Assembly: GCA_030272785.1 (NCBI GenBank)
Contig: JARXKM010000002.1
Location: 1 to 61,582 of the forward strand
Reading direction: 5' to 3'
Origin: Pseudomonadota bacterium
Lineage (GTDB): Bacteria; Pseudomonadota; Gammaproteobacteria; Burkholderiales; Burkholderiaceae_D
Length of the DNA: 61,582 bases
The notes below the pieces were generated by a model, which worked only from the letters and a program-made list of their open reading frames with translations, did no database searches and was not told where the DNA came from. Within the stretch, counting starts at the first letter, position 1; the number at the start of each line of letters is the position of its first letter. Positions 47,214-58,603 of the stretch are shown here, piece after piece. A program made the position numbers and the translations under genes.

Positions 47214-49994
47214 TCACAGAACTTTGAGCATCTCGCGCGCCGCATCGTACTCGGCGAAGGTATTGCCGGCCGCGACAGCGTGCTCCAGTTCCTTGCGGGC
47301 GGCCGGCTTGTCGCCCGCCTTCACCAGCGCGGCGGCAAGGTGGACGCGCAGCTCGGCGGCGTTGGGCGCCAGCCCGATCGCCTTGCGGAACAGCGGGATG
47401 CTGCGGGTGGTATTGCCCTGGCCGGTCAGGATGGTTGCCAGGGTGTCGATGATGGCGGCATTGCCGTCGGCCAGCCGGTAGGCTTCCTCTGCCATCGGCA
47501 GCGCCTTGGGACTTTTTTCCTGTTCATAGCACCAGGCCAGGTTGTTCATCAGGACCGCGTTCTTCGGCGATTGTTTCAACAGCGCCTCGAGCTGGCCGAT
47601 CGCCGCGCCGTACTGCTTTTTCGCGATGCTGGCCTCGGCCAGGTACATCGGCACGGTGAGGTCGGCGCTGTGGTCTTTCTGCCACTGCACCAGGCGCAGG
47701 TCGGCTTCCTTCTGCTTGCCCATCTGCCCCAGCACGCGGTGGATCGTGAGCATCAGCTTGGGCGACTTGTCCAGCACCAGCGCCTTCTCGTACAGCGCCA
47801 GCGCCTGCGGCAGCTTTTGCTGCGCGACCAGGATATCGGCTTCGAGCAGGTAGCCGACTGCGGTGCGGCCAGGCTGCTGGCCGATCTGGCGGGCAATCGC
47901 GACCGCCTCGTCGGGGCGCTTGGCGGCCAGCGCCAGCTTGGCCAGGCCCAGCTGTGCCTGCAGGAAATCCGGCTGCAGCGCCACCGCCTTCTTCAGGTCG
48001 TCGTTCGCGGCCGCCTCGTTTTTCATCATCGCGTGGATCGTGGCGAGCCGGTACCAGGCCGGCGCCGACTTCGGCAGCACCTTGACGAGCTTGCTGTAAG
48101 TCTCCAGCGCGCCGGCCTGGTCGCCGGTGCCGATCTGGATCTGGCCGAGCAGGTCGAGCACTTCCGGGTCGGCCGGCTGGCTGGTCTGCAGCTTGCGCGC
48201 CAGGGTCAGGGCCTTGTCCGGCTGCTTGTTGTTCATGTAATACGAGGCGAGCTTCATTGCCGGCGCGACTGCCTCCGGATTGTCGGCGGTGGCCCGCTCG
48301 AGCCAGCCGATCGCCTTGGCGCTCTGGCCTTGCAGCGCGGCGATTTCGGCCAGCGAAATCAGCGCGCCGATATTCTTCTTGTCCTTCTCGAGCAAGGCCT
48401 CGAAGCGCTTGGCGGCCGCGTCCGGATGCTTGTCCTGCAGGTCGAGCGCGGCCAGGCTGCTGACGGCGCGGAAATTGGTCGGCTGCAATTTCAGCGCCCG
48501 CTCGAAACTGCCGCGCGCGTTGGCGATGTCGCCCTTGTTGACATACACGACGCCGCTCACGTTGCACGCTTCGGCCGAATCGGGATGCTGCTTCTCGAGC
48601 GCCAGCGCGGCGGCCAGCGCCTTGTCGTAATGCTTCAGGCCGAGTTCGGCCTGGGCCAGCGCCGCGCCGGCGGCGAACGACTTCGGATCGATCGCGGTGC
48701 CTTGTTCCAGCTCGCTGATGGCCTTGGCCGTATCGCCCTGGCCGAGCTTGCTCATGCCCAGCGAGGTATGCAGCTGCGCGGCCTGCGGTTCGAGCGCGCT
48801 GGCTTTCTCGAAATAGCTCGACGCCTTCTCGAAATCTTTGCTCTGCATGTAAGACTGGCCGGCGATCGACAGCAGCTGCGCGTCGGTCGTTTGGCCGTTC
48901 AGCGACGGGCCCAGGGCCGCCACCGCATCGGCCGGCTGGGCACGCTTGAGCAGCACCTGGGCCAGCAGCTTGCGCGCGTACAGATTGTTAGGCGAAGCGT
49001 CGACGTATTTCTTCAGGTGCTGCTCGGCCTGCTGCAGCGAGCCGAGGTTCAGCTCGATGGCCCCGGCCAGCAGGATCGCCGGCAAATGCTCGGGCGCGCC
49101 GCGCAAGACCTTTTGCACCGACTCGAGCGCGGCGGCATTCTTGCCCTGGGTAAAATCGAGGATGGCCTGGCTGTAGGTGACGAGCAGGTTACCCGGCGTG
49201 ATCTTGGCGGCGGCGTCGAGGTCGGCCTGGGCGGCGTCGAACTTGGCGATGCTGAGCTCGACGTTGGCTTTTTCGATATGCGCACTGCGGTGTTGCGGCC
49301 GCAGCGCGAGCACCTTGTCGTACTGCGCGAGCGCCTCGGCCGGCTTGTTCTGGGCGCGCAGCAGGGCACCCTTGAACATCAGCACGTCGACGTTGGTGGG
49401 ATTTTTTTCCACCGCCAGGTCGGCATAGCGGTTGCCTCCTTCGATGTCGTTTTGCAGCATCGCGTAGCGCGCCATGCCGATCAGCGCGCCGCTGTTGGCC
49501 GGCGCGAGCGCGAGGGCCTGCTCAAAATCGGCCTTGGCCTTGGCAAACTGCTTCATCGCCAGCTCGGCTTCGCCGCGATACACCAGCAGCGCAGGGTCGG
49601 GCTTGGCCGCATCGATTTTCACTTCGTCGAGCACTTTCTGGTCGCGGCCCTGCGCCTGCAGGGCGCGCGCCAGTTCCGGCATCGCGCGGGCGCCGGCCAT
49701 GCCGAGGCTGATTGCCTTGCGGCTTTCTTTTTCGGCCGAGACGAAGTCGCCCATCTCGTTGTACAGGCTGGCCAGTTGCAGGCGCACCTCGGCATCTTCC
49801 GGGCTCGCGCTGGCGGCGTTTTTCAGCTGGATCAGGGCGGCCTTGCTGTCGCCTTTTTGCTGGTACTGTTTCGCTTCGGCCAGCAAGTTGGCGCTCGATT
49901 CGGTCTTGCCGCAGCCGGACAAACCGATCGCCAGCATCAGGCTGGTAAGGGCGACGGAGGCGCTGAGGGTACGGCGGGTTGCTTGACGCGGCAT
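47214..49994 (-). CDS. prsT: XrtA/PEP-CTERM system TPR lipoprotein PrsT
   Basis: LSGC lipobox, AALIQLKNA, many TPRs, NNLAW. Confidence 0.93.
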   Translation of the reverse strand: MPRQATRRTLSASVALTSLMLAIGLSGCGKTESSANLLAEAKQYQQKGDSKAALIQLKNAASASPEDAEVRLQLASLYNEMGDFVSAEKESRKAISLGMAGARAMPELARALQAQGRDQKVLDEVKIDAAKPDPALLVYRGEAELAMKQFAKAKADFEQALALAPANSGALIGMARYAMLQNDIEGGNRYADLAVEKNPTNVDVLMFKGALLRAQNKPAEALAQYDKVLALRPQHRSAHIEKANVELSIAKFDAAQADLDAAAKITPGNLLVTYSQAILDFTQGKNAAALESVQKVLRGAPEHLPAILLAGAIELNLGSLQQAEQHLKKYVDASPNNLYARKLLAQVLLKRAQPADAVAALGPSLNGQTTDAQLLSIAGQSYMQSKDFEKASSYFEKASALEPQAAQLHTSLGMSKLGQGDTAKAISELEQGTAIDPKSFAAGAALAQAELGLKHYDKALAAALALEKQHPDSAEACNVSGVVYVNKGDIANARGSFERALKLQPTNFRAVSSLAALDLQDKHPDAAAKRFEALLEKDKKNIGALISLAEIAALQGQSAKAIGWLERATADNPEAVAPAMKLASYYMNNKQPDKALTLARKLQTSQPADPEVLDLLGQIQIGTGDQAGALETYSKLVKVLPKSAPAWYRLATIHAMMKNEAAANDDLKKAVALQPDFLQAQLGLAKLALAAKRPDEAVAIARQIGQQPGRTAVGYLLEADILVAQQKLPQALALYEKALVLDKSPKLMLTIHRVLGQMGKQKEADLRLVQWQKDHSADLTVPMYLAEASIAKKQYGAAIGQLEALLKQSPKNAVLMNNLAWCYEQEKSPKALPMAEEAYRLADGNAAIIDTLATILTGQGNTTRSIPLFRKAIGLAPNAAELRVHLAAALVKAGDKPAARKELEHAVAAGNTFAEYDAAREMLKVL

Positions 49995-50136
49995 GGCAAA
50001 TCCTTGTGGGTGCCGCCATGCGTGCGCACGGCGGAGAAAATCGGGAGTAAATCATCTCTATTGTCAATAATACCTGAAGGAATGAGAACTTTCTCCACCA
50101 TTTTGCCCGTCGTGCAAAATCGCCAGGCCCGCCGCG

Positions 50137-50442
50137 CTAGGGTGTCTTACGCAGCCGGCTGAGCAGGGCCTCGACGCCGTCGCTGACCGGCAGGCCGTGT
50201 TGGCGCAGCAGCTGCAGGTGCAGCACCAGATTTTCCAGCACCAGCTTGGCCGACACCGCGAGCAAGGTCAGCAGGCGGTCCTCGGTGCTGAAGTTGTCCA
50301 TCGCGGCGGCCATCTCGCACAGGTGCGCCGCGACCAGTTCGCGCAAGGCGTCTTCGGCAAACGGCAGGTCGGCGAAATCGATCGGATCGTCGATCTCGAC
50401 TTCGCGCATCAGCGCGGCCAATTCTTCAGACTTGATCGGCAT
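50137..50442 (-). CDS. Small hypothetical protein
   Basis: 101-aa helical ORF with GGAG RBS and typical codon use. Confidence 0.7.
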   Translation of the reverse strand: MPIKSEELAALMREVEIDDPIDFADLPFAEDALRELVAAHLCEMAAAMDNFSTEDRLLTLLAVSAKLVLENLVLHLQLLRQHGLPVSDGVEALLSRLRKTP

Positions 50443-50583
50443 GGTCGGCTCCGTTGTGGACTTGCGGTGGGCATGCTGCCATTGTAGGCCTTGGGGCGGC
50501 GTCGCAGTACGTTGCGGTAGACACAGGCCGGTGGTTTACTGTATAAATCGTCATCAAACAGTTCCCGTGTAGAAAGGTCATTG

Positions 50584-50781
50584 ATGAAAGATATACCCCA
50601 GGCGCCAGCCATGGCCCTGCTCGTCATCGGCCTGCTTGGCATCGGCGCGTATCCGCTCGTTGTGCGCGCTCCCCACCCGGCGCTGATGGACAGCGACCTG
50701 TTCCACGGCCTGTGGCTGGGCGTGTGCCTGGGCCTCGAGCTGACTGGCGTGTACATGCTGCGCAAGCGCCGCCGCGGATGA
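50584..50781 (+). CDS. Small 2-TM membrane protein
   Basis: Two hydrophobic segments, basic tail, ATGA overlap with the next gene. Confidence 0.6.
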   Translation: MKDIPQAPAMALLVIGLLGIGAYPLVVRAPHPALMDSDLFHGLWLGVCLGLELTGVYMLRKRRRG

Positions 50782-51389
50782 GCCAGGTGATGCGCAAGCG
50801 CGGCCTGGTACGCAGCACGCGGCGCCGGCTCGCGGTGGCGCTGCTGGCGCTGGCATGCGGCGCCAGCGCCGCGCCCGCCCGCGCTGCGGTCGCCGCGGCC
50901 GCGGCCGTTTCCGCGCCGGTCGAGGCGTCGATCGAAGCGCCCAATGTGGTGCCCATATCGGCCATGCTGGTCACTTCCGGCCAGCCCAGCGCAGCCGCGC
51001 TGGGGCGCCTGGGCGCGCAAGGATTCGGCGCCGTCATTTATCTCGCGCCGTTGACGTCGTCCGATGCGGTGGCCGGCGAAGCGGACATCGTGCGCCGCCA
51101 GGGCCTGCAGTTCGTCAACATCCCGATCGAGTTCGGCGAGCCCACCGACGCCGATGTCCAGGCGTTCGTGGCGGCCATGAAACGGCTCGGCGATCGCAAG
51201 GTGCTGGTGCACTGCCAGGTCAACATGCGTGCCTCGACCATGACGTTCCTGTACCGCGTGATGGTGTTGCGCGAGCAGCCCGAGCCGGCCTACGAAGCGG
51301 TGGCGCGCATCTGGTCGCCGCGCGGCCCGTGGAAGAAATTACTGGTCGCGCAGCTGCAGCAGGCCGGCATCGCCTTCGAGCCGTACTAG
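50778..51389 (+). CDS. Exported PTP/DSP-fold (DUF442-like) protein
   Basis: Signal peptide, [19 protein letters not shown]5R loop. Confidence 0.82.
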   Translation: MSQVMRKRGLVRSTRRRLAVALLALACGASAAPARAAVAAAAAVSAPVEASIEAPNVVPISAMLVTSGQPSAAALGRLGAQGFGAVIYLAPLTSSDAVAGEADIVRRQGLQFVNIPIEFGEPTDADVQAFVAAMKRLGDRKVLVHCQVNMRASTMTFLYRVMVLREQPEPAYEAVARIWSPRGPWKKLLVAQLQQAGIAFEPY

Positions 51390-52372
51390 GCGCGCCGCGC
51401 CGCCGCCGCCGGCGCCGCGCTGCGCAACATGGCGCCGACCCCGATCAGCCCCGGAAACTCGGCGGTGATGAGCCAGGTCGGAATCTGCGCCAGGTAGGCG
51501 CTGAAGCGGCCCTTCTGTTCGAAACGGCGGCGAAACGCCGAGCGTTCGAACAGCGCGCCCAGCCGCGGCACGATGCCGCCGCCGATATACACGCCGCCGG
51601 CCGCGCCGAGCGTCACCGCCAGGTTGCCCGCCACGGTGCCGAGCATGGCGCAGAAGCAATCGATGGTCTCGACGCACACCGGGCAGCTGCCGTCGACGGC
51701 GGCGGCGATAATCTGCGGCACGTCGCGCGGCGCGGCCGCCACGCCGGCGCGCTCGGCCAGCGCGCGGTACACCAGCGCCAGCCCGATGCCCGACAGCAGC
51801 CGTTCGGCCGACACGTGCGGATGGTGGCGCCAGGCGAAGCGCAGGATCGCCAGTTCGCGTTCGTCGGCCGGCGCGAAGGTGACGTGGCCGCCTTCGCTGT
51901 CGAGCGCGCGCCAGCCGCCTTCGCCGGGTATCAGCGCCGACACGCCCAGGCCGGTGCCGGGGCCGAGCAGGCCGAGCACGCCGGCACGCGCGGCGCCGCC
52001 GCCGATCTGGCGCCGCTGCTGCGCCGACAGCAGCGGCAGCGCCATCGCCAGCGCCTTGAAATCGTTCGCCACCAGCAGCTGCGCGAAGCCGAATTCGCGG
52101 CGCACTGCCTCAATCGAAAACTGCCAGTGGTGGTTGGTCATGGCGACCTGGTCGCCGCCGACCGGATTGGCGATGGCCAGCGCCGCCAGGTCGGGGCGGG
52201 CGCCGGCCGGCACGGCGGCGTCGAGATAGGCGCGCAGCGCATCGGACAGGCTGGCGTAGGCGGCGCACGGCAGCACGCGCACGTGGGTCAGCTCGCCGCC
52301 CGCGCTTTCCAGCGCGAAGCGGGCGTTGGTGCCGCCGATATCGGCCAGCAGGCGGGGCAGGGTGCTCGGCAT
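51386..52372 (-). CDS. glk: Glucokinase
   Basis: [41 protein letters not shown]. Confidence 0.93.
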   Translation of the reverse strand: MPSTLPRLLADIGGTNARFALESAGGELTHVRVLPCAAYASLSDALRAYLDAAVPAGARPDLAALAIANPVGGDQVAMTNHHWQFSIEAVRREFGFAQLLVANDFKALAMALPLLSAQQRRQIGGGAARAGVLGLLGPGTGLGVSALIPGEGGWRALDSEGGHVTFAPADERELAILRFAWRHHPHVSAERLLSGIGLALVYRALAERAGVAAAPRDVPQIIAAAVDGSCPVCVETIDCFCAMLGTVAGNLAVTLGAAGGVYIGGGIVPRLGALFERSAFRRRFEQKGRFSAYLAQIPTWLITAEFPGLIGVGAMLRSAAPAAAARRA

Positions 52373-52391
52373 GGGGGTTGTCTGGTAGAAG

Positions 52392-52419
52392 AAAAAACGG
52401 AGAGGACGCGCCTCTCCGT
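52392..52419 (-). terminator. Intrinsic terminator between the TonB receptor gene and glk
   Basis: Minus strand ACGGAGAGG-CGCGT-CCTCTCCGT followed by TTTTT. Confidence 0.75.
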
Positions 52420-52439
52420 GCAGTGCGGCAAAGTAGATT

Positions 52440-54902
52440 TTAGAAGCGGTACAGCAGCGACGCCTCGACGGCGCGGCCGAAGATCGGCCGGGCGTTGATC
52501 GGGCCGCTCGTCTGCGCGCCGGTCAGGCGCGAATTGCCTTCGGTCAGGCCCAGTTCATTGCTCAGGTTGGTCGCGCTCAGGCGCACTTCCCAGCGCTGGC
52601 CGATCGAGGCGAGCACGCCGGCGTCGAAGGTATGGTAGGCCGGCAGGTAGGACTGGTTGGCCTGGTCGGCCCAGCGGCTGCCGATCTGGGTGTAGGTGCC
52701 GTACAGCTTCAGTTCGTTGTCGCCGAGCGGAATCTTGTAGCTCGGCGTGAAGCGGTATTGCAGGGTCGGCTGGCGCTGCACCTTGTTGCCGGCGATGGCG
52801 GGGTTGTCGCGGTATTTGGATTCCTGCCAGTCGCCGGTCAGGGTCAGCGACAGGTTGGTGACCGGCCGCACCGCCACTTCGAACTCGACCCCGTGGCCGC
52901 GCGAGCCGCTCACCGAATTGAGCACCGCGTTGGTGGTGATCTGCTGGAACGAGATGCCGGAAAAATCGGTGTAGAAGGCGTTGATGTAGGCGCTGTAGAA
53001 CGCGCCGACGGTCTTCAGGCCCAGTTCGTATTGCTTCACCTTCGGCGTCGGCACGCCGTTGCGGTCGTCCAGCGCGGCCTGGCTGCCGGCGTTGCGCATG
53101 TCGTCGAAGTAGATGAAGGTGTGGCCGGCGTTGGCGCGGGCGAACAGGCTGAAGTCCTTCGACACCTTGTACAGCGCGCCGGCGGTGAAGGAATTGACGC
53201 TGTCGTCGCGGCTGAGCATGGTGTTGGTGCCGGAAGGCATCGAGGTGCCGTTGTTGTAGACGGTCAGCGCATTGTTGTCGGTGTCGGCCGACTTCAGGTT
53301 CGAGATGGTGGCATTGAGACGCTGGGTTTCGCGCCGCACGCCGGCATCGACCTTGACCTGCGGCGTGATGCGCCACTCGTCGGCGAAGAACACGGCGGTG
53401 TTGTTGCCCTTGTACGCGGCGACCGGCGCGTAGAACACGTTGCCGTCGACGCCGTTGGCCGAGACGATGGTGCCGTTGGCCAGCGACACGTTGATCAGGC
53501 TGGCGTTCGGGGTGGCCGTCATCAGGTGGCTGTTGCCGAGGTACCAGACGTCGTCGGACTTGTAGTTGGCGTAGTAGAGGCCGGCGGTGATGGTGTTGTC
53601 CTTGACGATCTCCTTGCTGACGCGCAATTCATCGGTCACCGAGCTGAGTTTCTTCTCGACCGACCACAGGCCTGCCTGCACCACCTGCTGGTTCGGGTTG
53701 ACGGCGCCGCCGTGCACGTACGTCATGCTGCCCGATGTGGCGGCGGCGCCCTTGTTGTAAGCGGCGTTGGCGTTGGCCAGGTAGTCGGCCGCGCTGAGCG
53801 GATTGTTACCGGTAAACATCGAGATGGTGTTCAGGTCGCCGGTGAAGTAGTTGGCCTTGTTCGACACTTCCCAGCCGTTGAAATTTTGCGCGTATTCGGC
53901 GCCCAGCACGGTCGCCTGCATGCCGCGTCCTTCGGCCAGGTCGCGCTGCAAGGTCTTGCCGGGCGCCGCGTCGATGGTGAAGTGGCGCATCTCGTTGCTC
54001 ATCAGGGTGCCGGTGAGCGGGTCGAAGCCGGGGAAGGCGGTGATGGTGCGGCCGTTGTTGCTCGAAATGAGCGGCACCCCGGTATAGAAGGCGTTCTTGT
54101 CGCTGGTGGTGCGCGCGTACAGGTTCAGTTCGCCCTGGTCGAGCTTGCGCGTCAGGGTGGCCGACAGCTGGCCGCCGTCGTCGGCCGGGAACTGCGGATC
54201 GCGCACGCCCTGGGTGCGGCGGTAGAAACCGCCGATGCTGCCGTACCAGCCGTCGCCCAGCTTGCCGGCGTAGAACGCGTCGACCCGCTTCAGGTTGCCG
54301 GTGCCGGTGGTCACCCGCACCGTGCCTTCGGGCGTGTCGTCGCCTTTTTTCAGGATGAAATTCATGGTCGCGCCGGGTTGGCCGACCGAGTAGATGGTGC
54401 TCGGGCCGCCGCGCAGCACTTCGACCCGCTCGACCGTGTCGTCGAGGCGGAACGCCGACGAACCTTCGAAGAACGACAGCACCGGCACCGGATAGATCGG
54501 GTTACCGTTCAGCTGCACCGAGACGAACGGCGAATCGCTGCCCGACGGGAAGCCGCGCACTTCGATGTTGGCGCCCGACTGGCCGCCGGTCGATTCGGCG
54601 TACACGCCCGGCACCAGCTTCATGACGTCGGCGGTGCTGCTGGGAGAAGCCTGCTTGAGCTGCTCTTCGGTGGCGGTGGTGATCGAAAAACTGGTGTCGA
54701 GCTTGCGGGTGCCGCGCGACGAGGCGGTACCGGTAACGACCACCTGCTGGATCTCGGCGGCCACCGATTCCTTGGCGGCGGCGGTAGTCGCTGGTGCGGC
54801 GGTGATGGCTGGCTCGGCGCTCTGGGCGAGCGCGGCTTGGTTGATCAGGGTCAACACTGCCAGCGCGACCGTGGACAGCAGGAACTGCTTATGCGTTTTC
54901 AT
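52440..54902 (-). CDS. TonB-dependent receptor (sugar uptake)
   Basis: Signal peptide, QQVVVTG TonB box, [10 protein letters not shown] plug, C-terminal YRF. Confidence 0.93.
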   Translation of the reverse strand: MKTHKQFLLSTVALAVLTLINQAALAQSAEPAITAAPATTAAAKESVAAEIQQVVVTGTASSRGTRKLDTSFSITTATEEQLKQASPSSTADVMKLVPGVYAESTGGQSGANIEVRGFPSGSDSPFVSVQLNGNPIYPVPVLSFFEGSSAFRLDDTVERVEVLRGGPSTIYSVGQPGATMNFILKKGDDTPEGTVRVTTGTGNLKRVDAFYAGKLGDGWYGSIGGFYRRTQGVRDPQFPADDGGQLSATLTRKLDQGELNLYARTTSDKNAFYTGVPLISSNNGRTITAFPGFDPLTGTLMSNEMRHFTIDAAPGKTLQRDLAEGRGMQATVLGAEYAQNFNGWEVSNKANYFTGDLNTISMFTGNNPLSAADYLANANAAYNKGAAATSGSMTYVHGGAVNPNQQVVQAGLWSVEKKLSSVTDELRVSKEIVKDNTITAGLYYANYKSDDVWYLGNSHLMTATPNASLINVSLANGTIVSANGVDGNVFYAPVAAYKGNNTAVFFADEWRITPQVKVDAGVRRETQRLNATISNLKSADTDNNALTVYNNGTSMPSGTNTMLSRDDSVNSFTAGALYKVSKDFSLFARANAGHTFIYFDDMRNAGSQAALDDRNGVPTPKVKQYELGLKTVGAFYSAYINAFYTDFSGISFQQITTNAVLNSVSGSRGHGVEFEVAVRPVTNLSLTLTGDWQESKYRDNPAIAGNKVQRQPTLQYRFTPSYKIPLGDNELKLYGTYTQIGSRWADQANQSYLPAYHTFDAGVLASIGQRWEVRLSATNLSNELGLTEGNSRLTGAQTSGPINARPIFGRAVEASLLYRF

Positions 54903-55031
54903 GTGTATGTGCTCTCGTTTTTATGGAATCGGAAATCGTCTCCTGAACAGCCCGGCCCCAAGCCGCTGTCCCCGTTTTTTGCGTTGCGGCCGGACACGCA
55001 ACGACAAAAGACTGGCCATTGGACCAAGAAA

Positions 55032-55066
55032 TGACATCGATGTCAATCAAAATGTTATCGATGTCA
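55032..55066. promoter_or_regulatory. Tandem LacI-type operators
   Basis: Perfect palindrome TGACATCGATGTCA (55032-55045) and variant TGTTATCGATGTCA (55053-55066), central CG, 21-bp spacing. Confidence 0.8.
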
Positions 55067-55138
55067 TTTAATCTGACACGGGCCAATAATCTGGCATAAT
55101 GCAACGCTTATAGTGTCCAAATCGAAACAGAGCGTCCC

Positions 55139-56146
55139 ATGGCAGCAAACAAGATCGGCATGCGCAAGAGCGAGGCGGGGGTGACGATGGAAGACGTGGC
55201 CAAGCTGGCCGGCGTGTCCACGATTACCGTCTCGCGCGCGCTGCGCGACAGCCCGCTGGTGACGGAACAGACGCGCGAACGCATCCGCGGCATCGCCGAC
55301 GCCCAGGGCTACCGCTTCAACGTCAGCGCGCGCAACCTGCGCATGCGGCGCAGCTATTCGGTGGCGGTGGTGGTCGAGATGACGCCGGTCAAGGGGCGGC
55401 CGATGTCGGACCCGTATCCGCTCGAACTGCTCGGCGGCATCACGCAGGAGCTGACCACCGCTGGCTACAGCGTGGTGCTGACCTCCAAACAGCTGATGGA
55501 TACCGCGCCGGTGCAGGGCGCCGACGGCCTGATCCTGCTTGGCCAGGGCTCGCACGGCGAGGCGGTGCGCTTCCTGCAGAAGGCTGGCCTGCCGCTGGTC
55601 GTGTGGGGGGCGCCCGAAGCGGGCAGTTCCTACATCGTCGTCGGCAGCGACAACCGCAAGGGCGGCGCCAGCGTGGCCGACCGCTTCCTGGCGCAAGGAC
55701 GGCGCAAGCTGTTGTTTTTAGGCGACGTCGACCACGCCGAGGTGCAGGAACGCTGCGCCGGCTTCATCGACGCGCTCGGCGGCGAGGCGGCCGTGCACAT
55801 CGTGCGGCCGCGCGCGTTCACCTTCGAGGCCGGCTTCGACAGCATGAGCGCGCTGCTGAAAAAGAAGAACACCGGCTTCGACGGCGTGTTTGCCGCCAGC
55901 GACCTGCTGGCGATGGGCGCGATCCGCGCGCTGACCGAACATAGCCTGCGGGTGCCGGAAGACGTCTCGGTGATCGGCTACGACGATACGCCCGGCGCGG
56001 CCAGCTTCGTGCCGCCGCTGACCAGCGTGCACCAATACCTGCGCGACGGTGGCGTGCTGCTCGCGCGCAAGATCCTCGGCCTGATCCACGGCGAGGCGGT
56101 CGGCTCCGAAATGCTGCCGACGATGCTGGTCGCGCGCCAGACCTGA
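55139..56146 (+). CDS. LacI family transcriptional regulator
   Basis: TMEDVAKLAGVSTITVSRAL HTH, ARNLR hinge, VIGYDD, PPLTSV. Confidence 0.94.
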   Translation: MAANKIGMRKSEAGVTMEDVAKLAGVSTITVSRALRDSPLVTEQTRERIRGIADAQGYRFNVSARNLRMRRSYSVAVVVEMTPVKGRPMSDPYPLELLGGITQELTTAGYSVVLTSKQLMDTAPVQGADGLILLGQGSHGEAVRFLQKAGLPLVVWGAPEAGSSYIVVGSDNRKGGASVADRFLAQGRRKLLFLGDVDHAEVQERCAGFIDALGGEAAVHIVRPRAFTFEAGFDSMSALLKKKNTGFDGVFAASDLLAMGAIRALTEHSLRVPEDVSVIGYDDTPGAASFVPPLTSVHQYLRDGGVLLARKILGLIHGEAVGSEMLPTMLVARQT

Positions 56147-56248
56147 TTTCCCCACGTAAGAAAAACACCGCCCAATACCACTGAATTGAAAATCCAAACC
56201 GGTTTGAACATGCAAAACCCTGTCAATATCGCCTTCGAGGAGTCCGCC

Positions 56249-58603
56249 GTGCCCGACCCTACCGCCGCCTTTCCGCCCGATCCCTGGAGCATCACCGAAA
56301 CCGCGCTCGACAGCGCGAGCAACTTCCTGCACGAGACCCTGTTCGCGCTCGGCAACGGCTACATCGGCTTGCGCGGCAGCCACGAAGAGGGCTACCGCGG
56401 GCCGCCCGGCACCTCGCTCGACGGCAGCTACCTGAACGGCTTTTACGAGTCCGAACCGATCGTCTATCCGGAAGCGGCGTGCGGCCTGGCCAAGACCAAT
56501 CAGTTCATGCTCAACGTGCCGAACGCCAAGGGCATCGCCTTGTGGCTGGGCGACGAAGCGTTCGACCCGCTCACCGGCAGCCTGTCGCACTACCGTCGCA
56601 GCCTCGACTTCCGCACCGGCGTGCTCGAACGCGGCCTGACATGGACCGCGCCGTCCGGCCGCCAGGTGGCGATCCGCAGCCGCCGGCTGGTCTGTTTCGC
56701 CCACAAGCACCTGTTCGCCATCGAGTACGAGGTCACGCCGCTCAATTTCTCGGCGCCGATCCGGCTGCTCGCCACCGTCGACGGCGCCGTCAGCAACCAG
56801 CAGGCCGGCGACGATCCGCGCGTCGGCTCGGCGGTGTCGGGCCCGGCGCTGGCGCTGCTGGCGGTGCAGCAGGACGGCGCTTTCTCGGCCATCAGCCAGC
56901 GCACCCACAACAGCGGCTTCACCCTGGTGAGCGCGATCGACAGCGCGATCGACGCCAGCGTGCCGTCGATGCGCGCGCCTTATCGGAACGACCCGCGCGA
57001 CGGCCAGCTGGTCGGCCACCGCTTCGAGGTCGAGGCGGCGCAGGGGCAGCCGGTGCGGCTGACCAAGTTCGGCGCCTATTTCTCGTCGCGCGACTATCCG
57101 GCCGACGAGCTGATGGCGCGCGCGCGGGCCGAGCTGGCGCAGGCCCGCGCAGCCGGCTTCGCGGCCTTGTGCGCGGGGCAGCAGGCTTACCTGGCCGACT
57201 TCTGGGCCGAGGCCGACGTCGAAATCGCCGGCGACGCCGCGCTGCAGCAGGGCATGCGTTTCAACCAGTTTCATTTGCTGCAGTCGGTCGGGCGCGACGG
57301 CAAGACCAACATCGCCGCCAAGGGCGTCACCGGCGAGGGCTACGAAGGCCACTATTTCTGGGACACCGAGATCTACATCTTCCCGTTTTTCTTGTACAGC
57401 AAACCGGAGATCGCCAGGAAGCTGCTCGAATACCGCTACGCGGGACTGGGCAAGGCGCGCGAGCGGGCCCGCCAGATGGCGCACGCGCAGGGCGCGCTGT
57501 ACCCGTGGCGCACCATCGCCGGCGAGGAGTGCTCGGCCTATTTCCCGGCCGGCACCGCGCAGTACCATATCAACGCCGATATCGCCTATTCGATCAAGCT
57601 CTATTTCGAGGCCACCGGCGACCTCGATTACATGGCCGACGCGGGCGCCGAAATCGTGCTCGAGACGGCGCGTATCTGGATCGGCATCGGCCACACCGAC
57701 CGCGCCGGGCGCTTCTGCATCAACGAAGTGACCGGCCCGGACGAATACACCGCGCTGGTAAACAACAACTACTACACCAACGCGATGGCGCAGATGCACC
57801 TGCGCTTTGCCGCCGACGTCGCCGACACGCTGGCGCGCGAGCGCCCCGACGCGCTGGCCAGGCTCGCCGCCACCATCGGCCTTGCGGCCGGCGAGATCGA
57901 TACGTGGCGCCACGCCGCGGCGCAGATGGCGCTGCCGTACGATGCCGCGCTCGGCATCCACGCGCAGGACGACAGCTTCCTGTCGAAGAAGCCGTGGGAT
58001 TTCGCCGCTACGCCGAAGGAACACTACCCGCTGTTGCTGAACTACCACCCGCTGGTGATCTACCGCCACCAGGTCTGCAAGCAGGCCGACGTGGTGCTGG
58101 CGCTGCTGCTGCTGTCGGAGCGCTTCACGCTGGCCGACAAGCGGCGCGACTTCGACTACTACGAAGCGGTGACCACCCACGACTCGTCGCTGTCGTCGTG
58201 CATCTTCAGCATCATCGCCTCCGAAGTGGGCTACCACGACAAGGCCTACGACTACTTCATGGAGACGGCCCGGCTGGACCTCGACGATACCCACGGCAAC
58301 ACCCACTACGGCGTGCACACCGCGGCGATGGCGGGCACCTGGATGGGCGTGGCCTACGGGTTCGCCGGCATGCGCGTCACCGACGGCGCGCTGCGCTTCG
58401 CGCCGACCCTGCCGGCGCGCTGGACCCACTACCAGTTCAAGATCCACCTGCGTGGCGCGCTGCTGCAGGTGCGCGTGGAGGCGGCGCAGGTCGCGTACAC
58501 GCTGCTCAAGGGCGACGCGATCGCATTCACCCATGCCGGCGCGCCGGTGACACTGGACCAGGCGGCGCCGCGCGCCTGCCTGGCACGCAAGGAGCAGCAA
58601 TGA
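56249..58603 (+). CDS. Glycoside hydrolase family 65 disaccharide phosphorylase
   Basis: ETLFALGNGYIGLRG, AKGVTGEGYEGHYFWDTE, GPDEY, KQADV, HDSSLS; GAGGAG RBS before GTG 56249 (alternative ATG 56210). Confidence 0.93.
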   Translation: MPDPTAAFPPDPWSITETALDSASNFLHETLFALGNGYIGLRGSHEEGYRGPPGTSLDGSYLNGFYESEPIVYPEAACGLAKTNQFMLNVPNAKGIALWLGDEAFDPLTGSLSHYRRSLDFRTGVLERGLTWTAPSGRQVAIRSRRLVCFAHKHLFAIEYEVTPLNFSAPIRLLATVDGAVSNQQAGDDPRVGSAVSGPALALLAVQQDGAFSAISQRTHNSGFTLVSAIDSAIDASVPSMRAPYRNDPRDGQLVGHRFEVEAAQGQPVRLTKFGAYFSSRDYPADELMARARAELAQARAAGFAALCAGQQAYLADFWAEADVEIAGDAALQQGMRFNQFHLLQSVGRDGKTNIAAKGVTGEGYEGHYFWDTEIYIFPFFLYSKPEIARKLLEYRYAGLGKARERARQMAHAQGALYPWRTIAGEECSAYFPAGTAQYHINADIAYSIKLYFEATGDLDYMADAGAEIVLETARIWIGIGHTDRAGRFCINEVTGPDEYTALVNNNYYTNAMAQMHLRFAADVADTLARERPDALARLAATIGLAAGEIDTWRHAAAQMALPYDAALGIHAQDDSFLSKKPWDFAATPKEHYPLLLNYHPLVIYRHQVCKQADVVLALLLLSERFTLADKRRDFDYYEAVTTHDSSLSSCIFSIIASEVGYHDKAYDYFMETARLDLDDTHGNTHYGVHTAAMAGTWMGVAYGFAGMRVTDGALRFAPTLPARWTHYQFKIHLRGALLQVRVEAAQVAYTLLKGDAIAFTHAGAPVTLDQAAPRACLARKEQQ

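Noticed and set aside
2460-49994. No Wzx flippase or BY-kinase phosphatase identified in the locus
   Set aside because: The locus probably continues beyond the left edge, so absence cannot be concluded
50584-50781. C-terminal TM helix plus RKRRR as a sorting signal
   Set aside because: No PEP motif and no passenger domain
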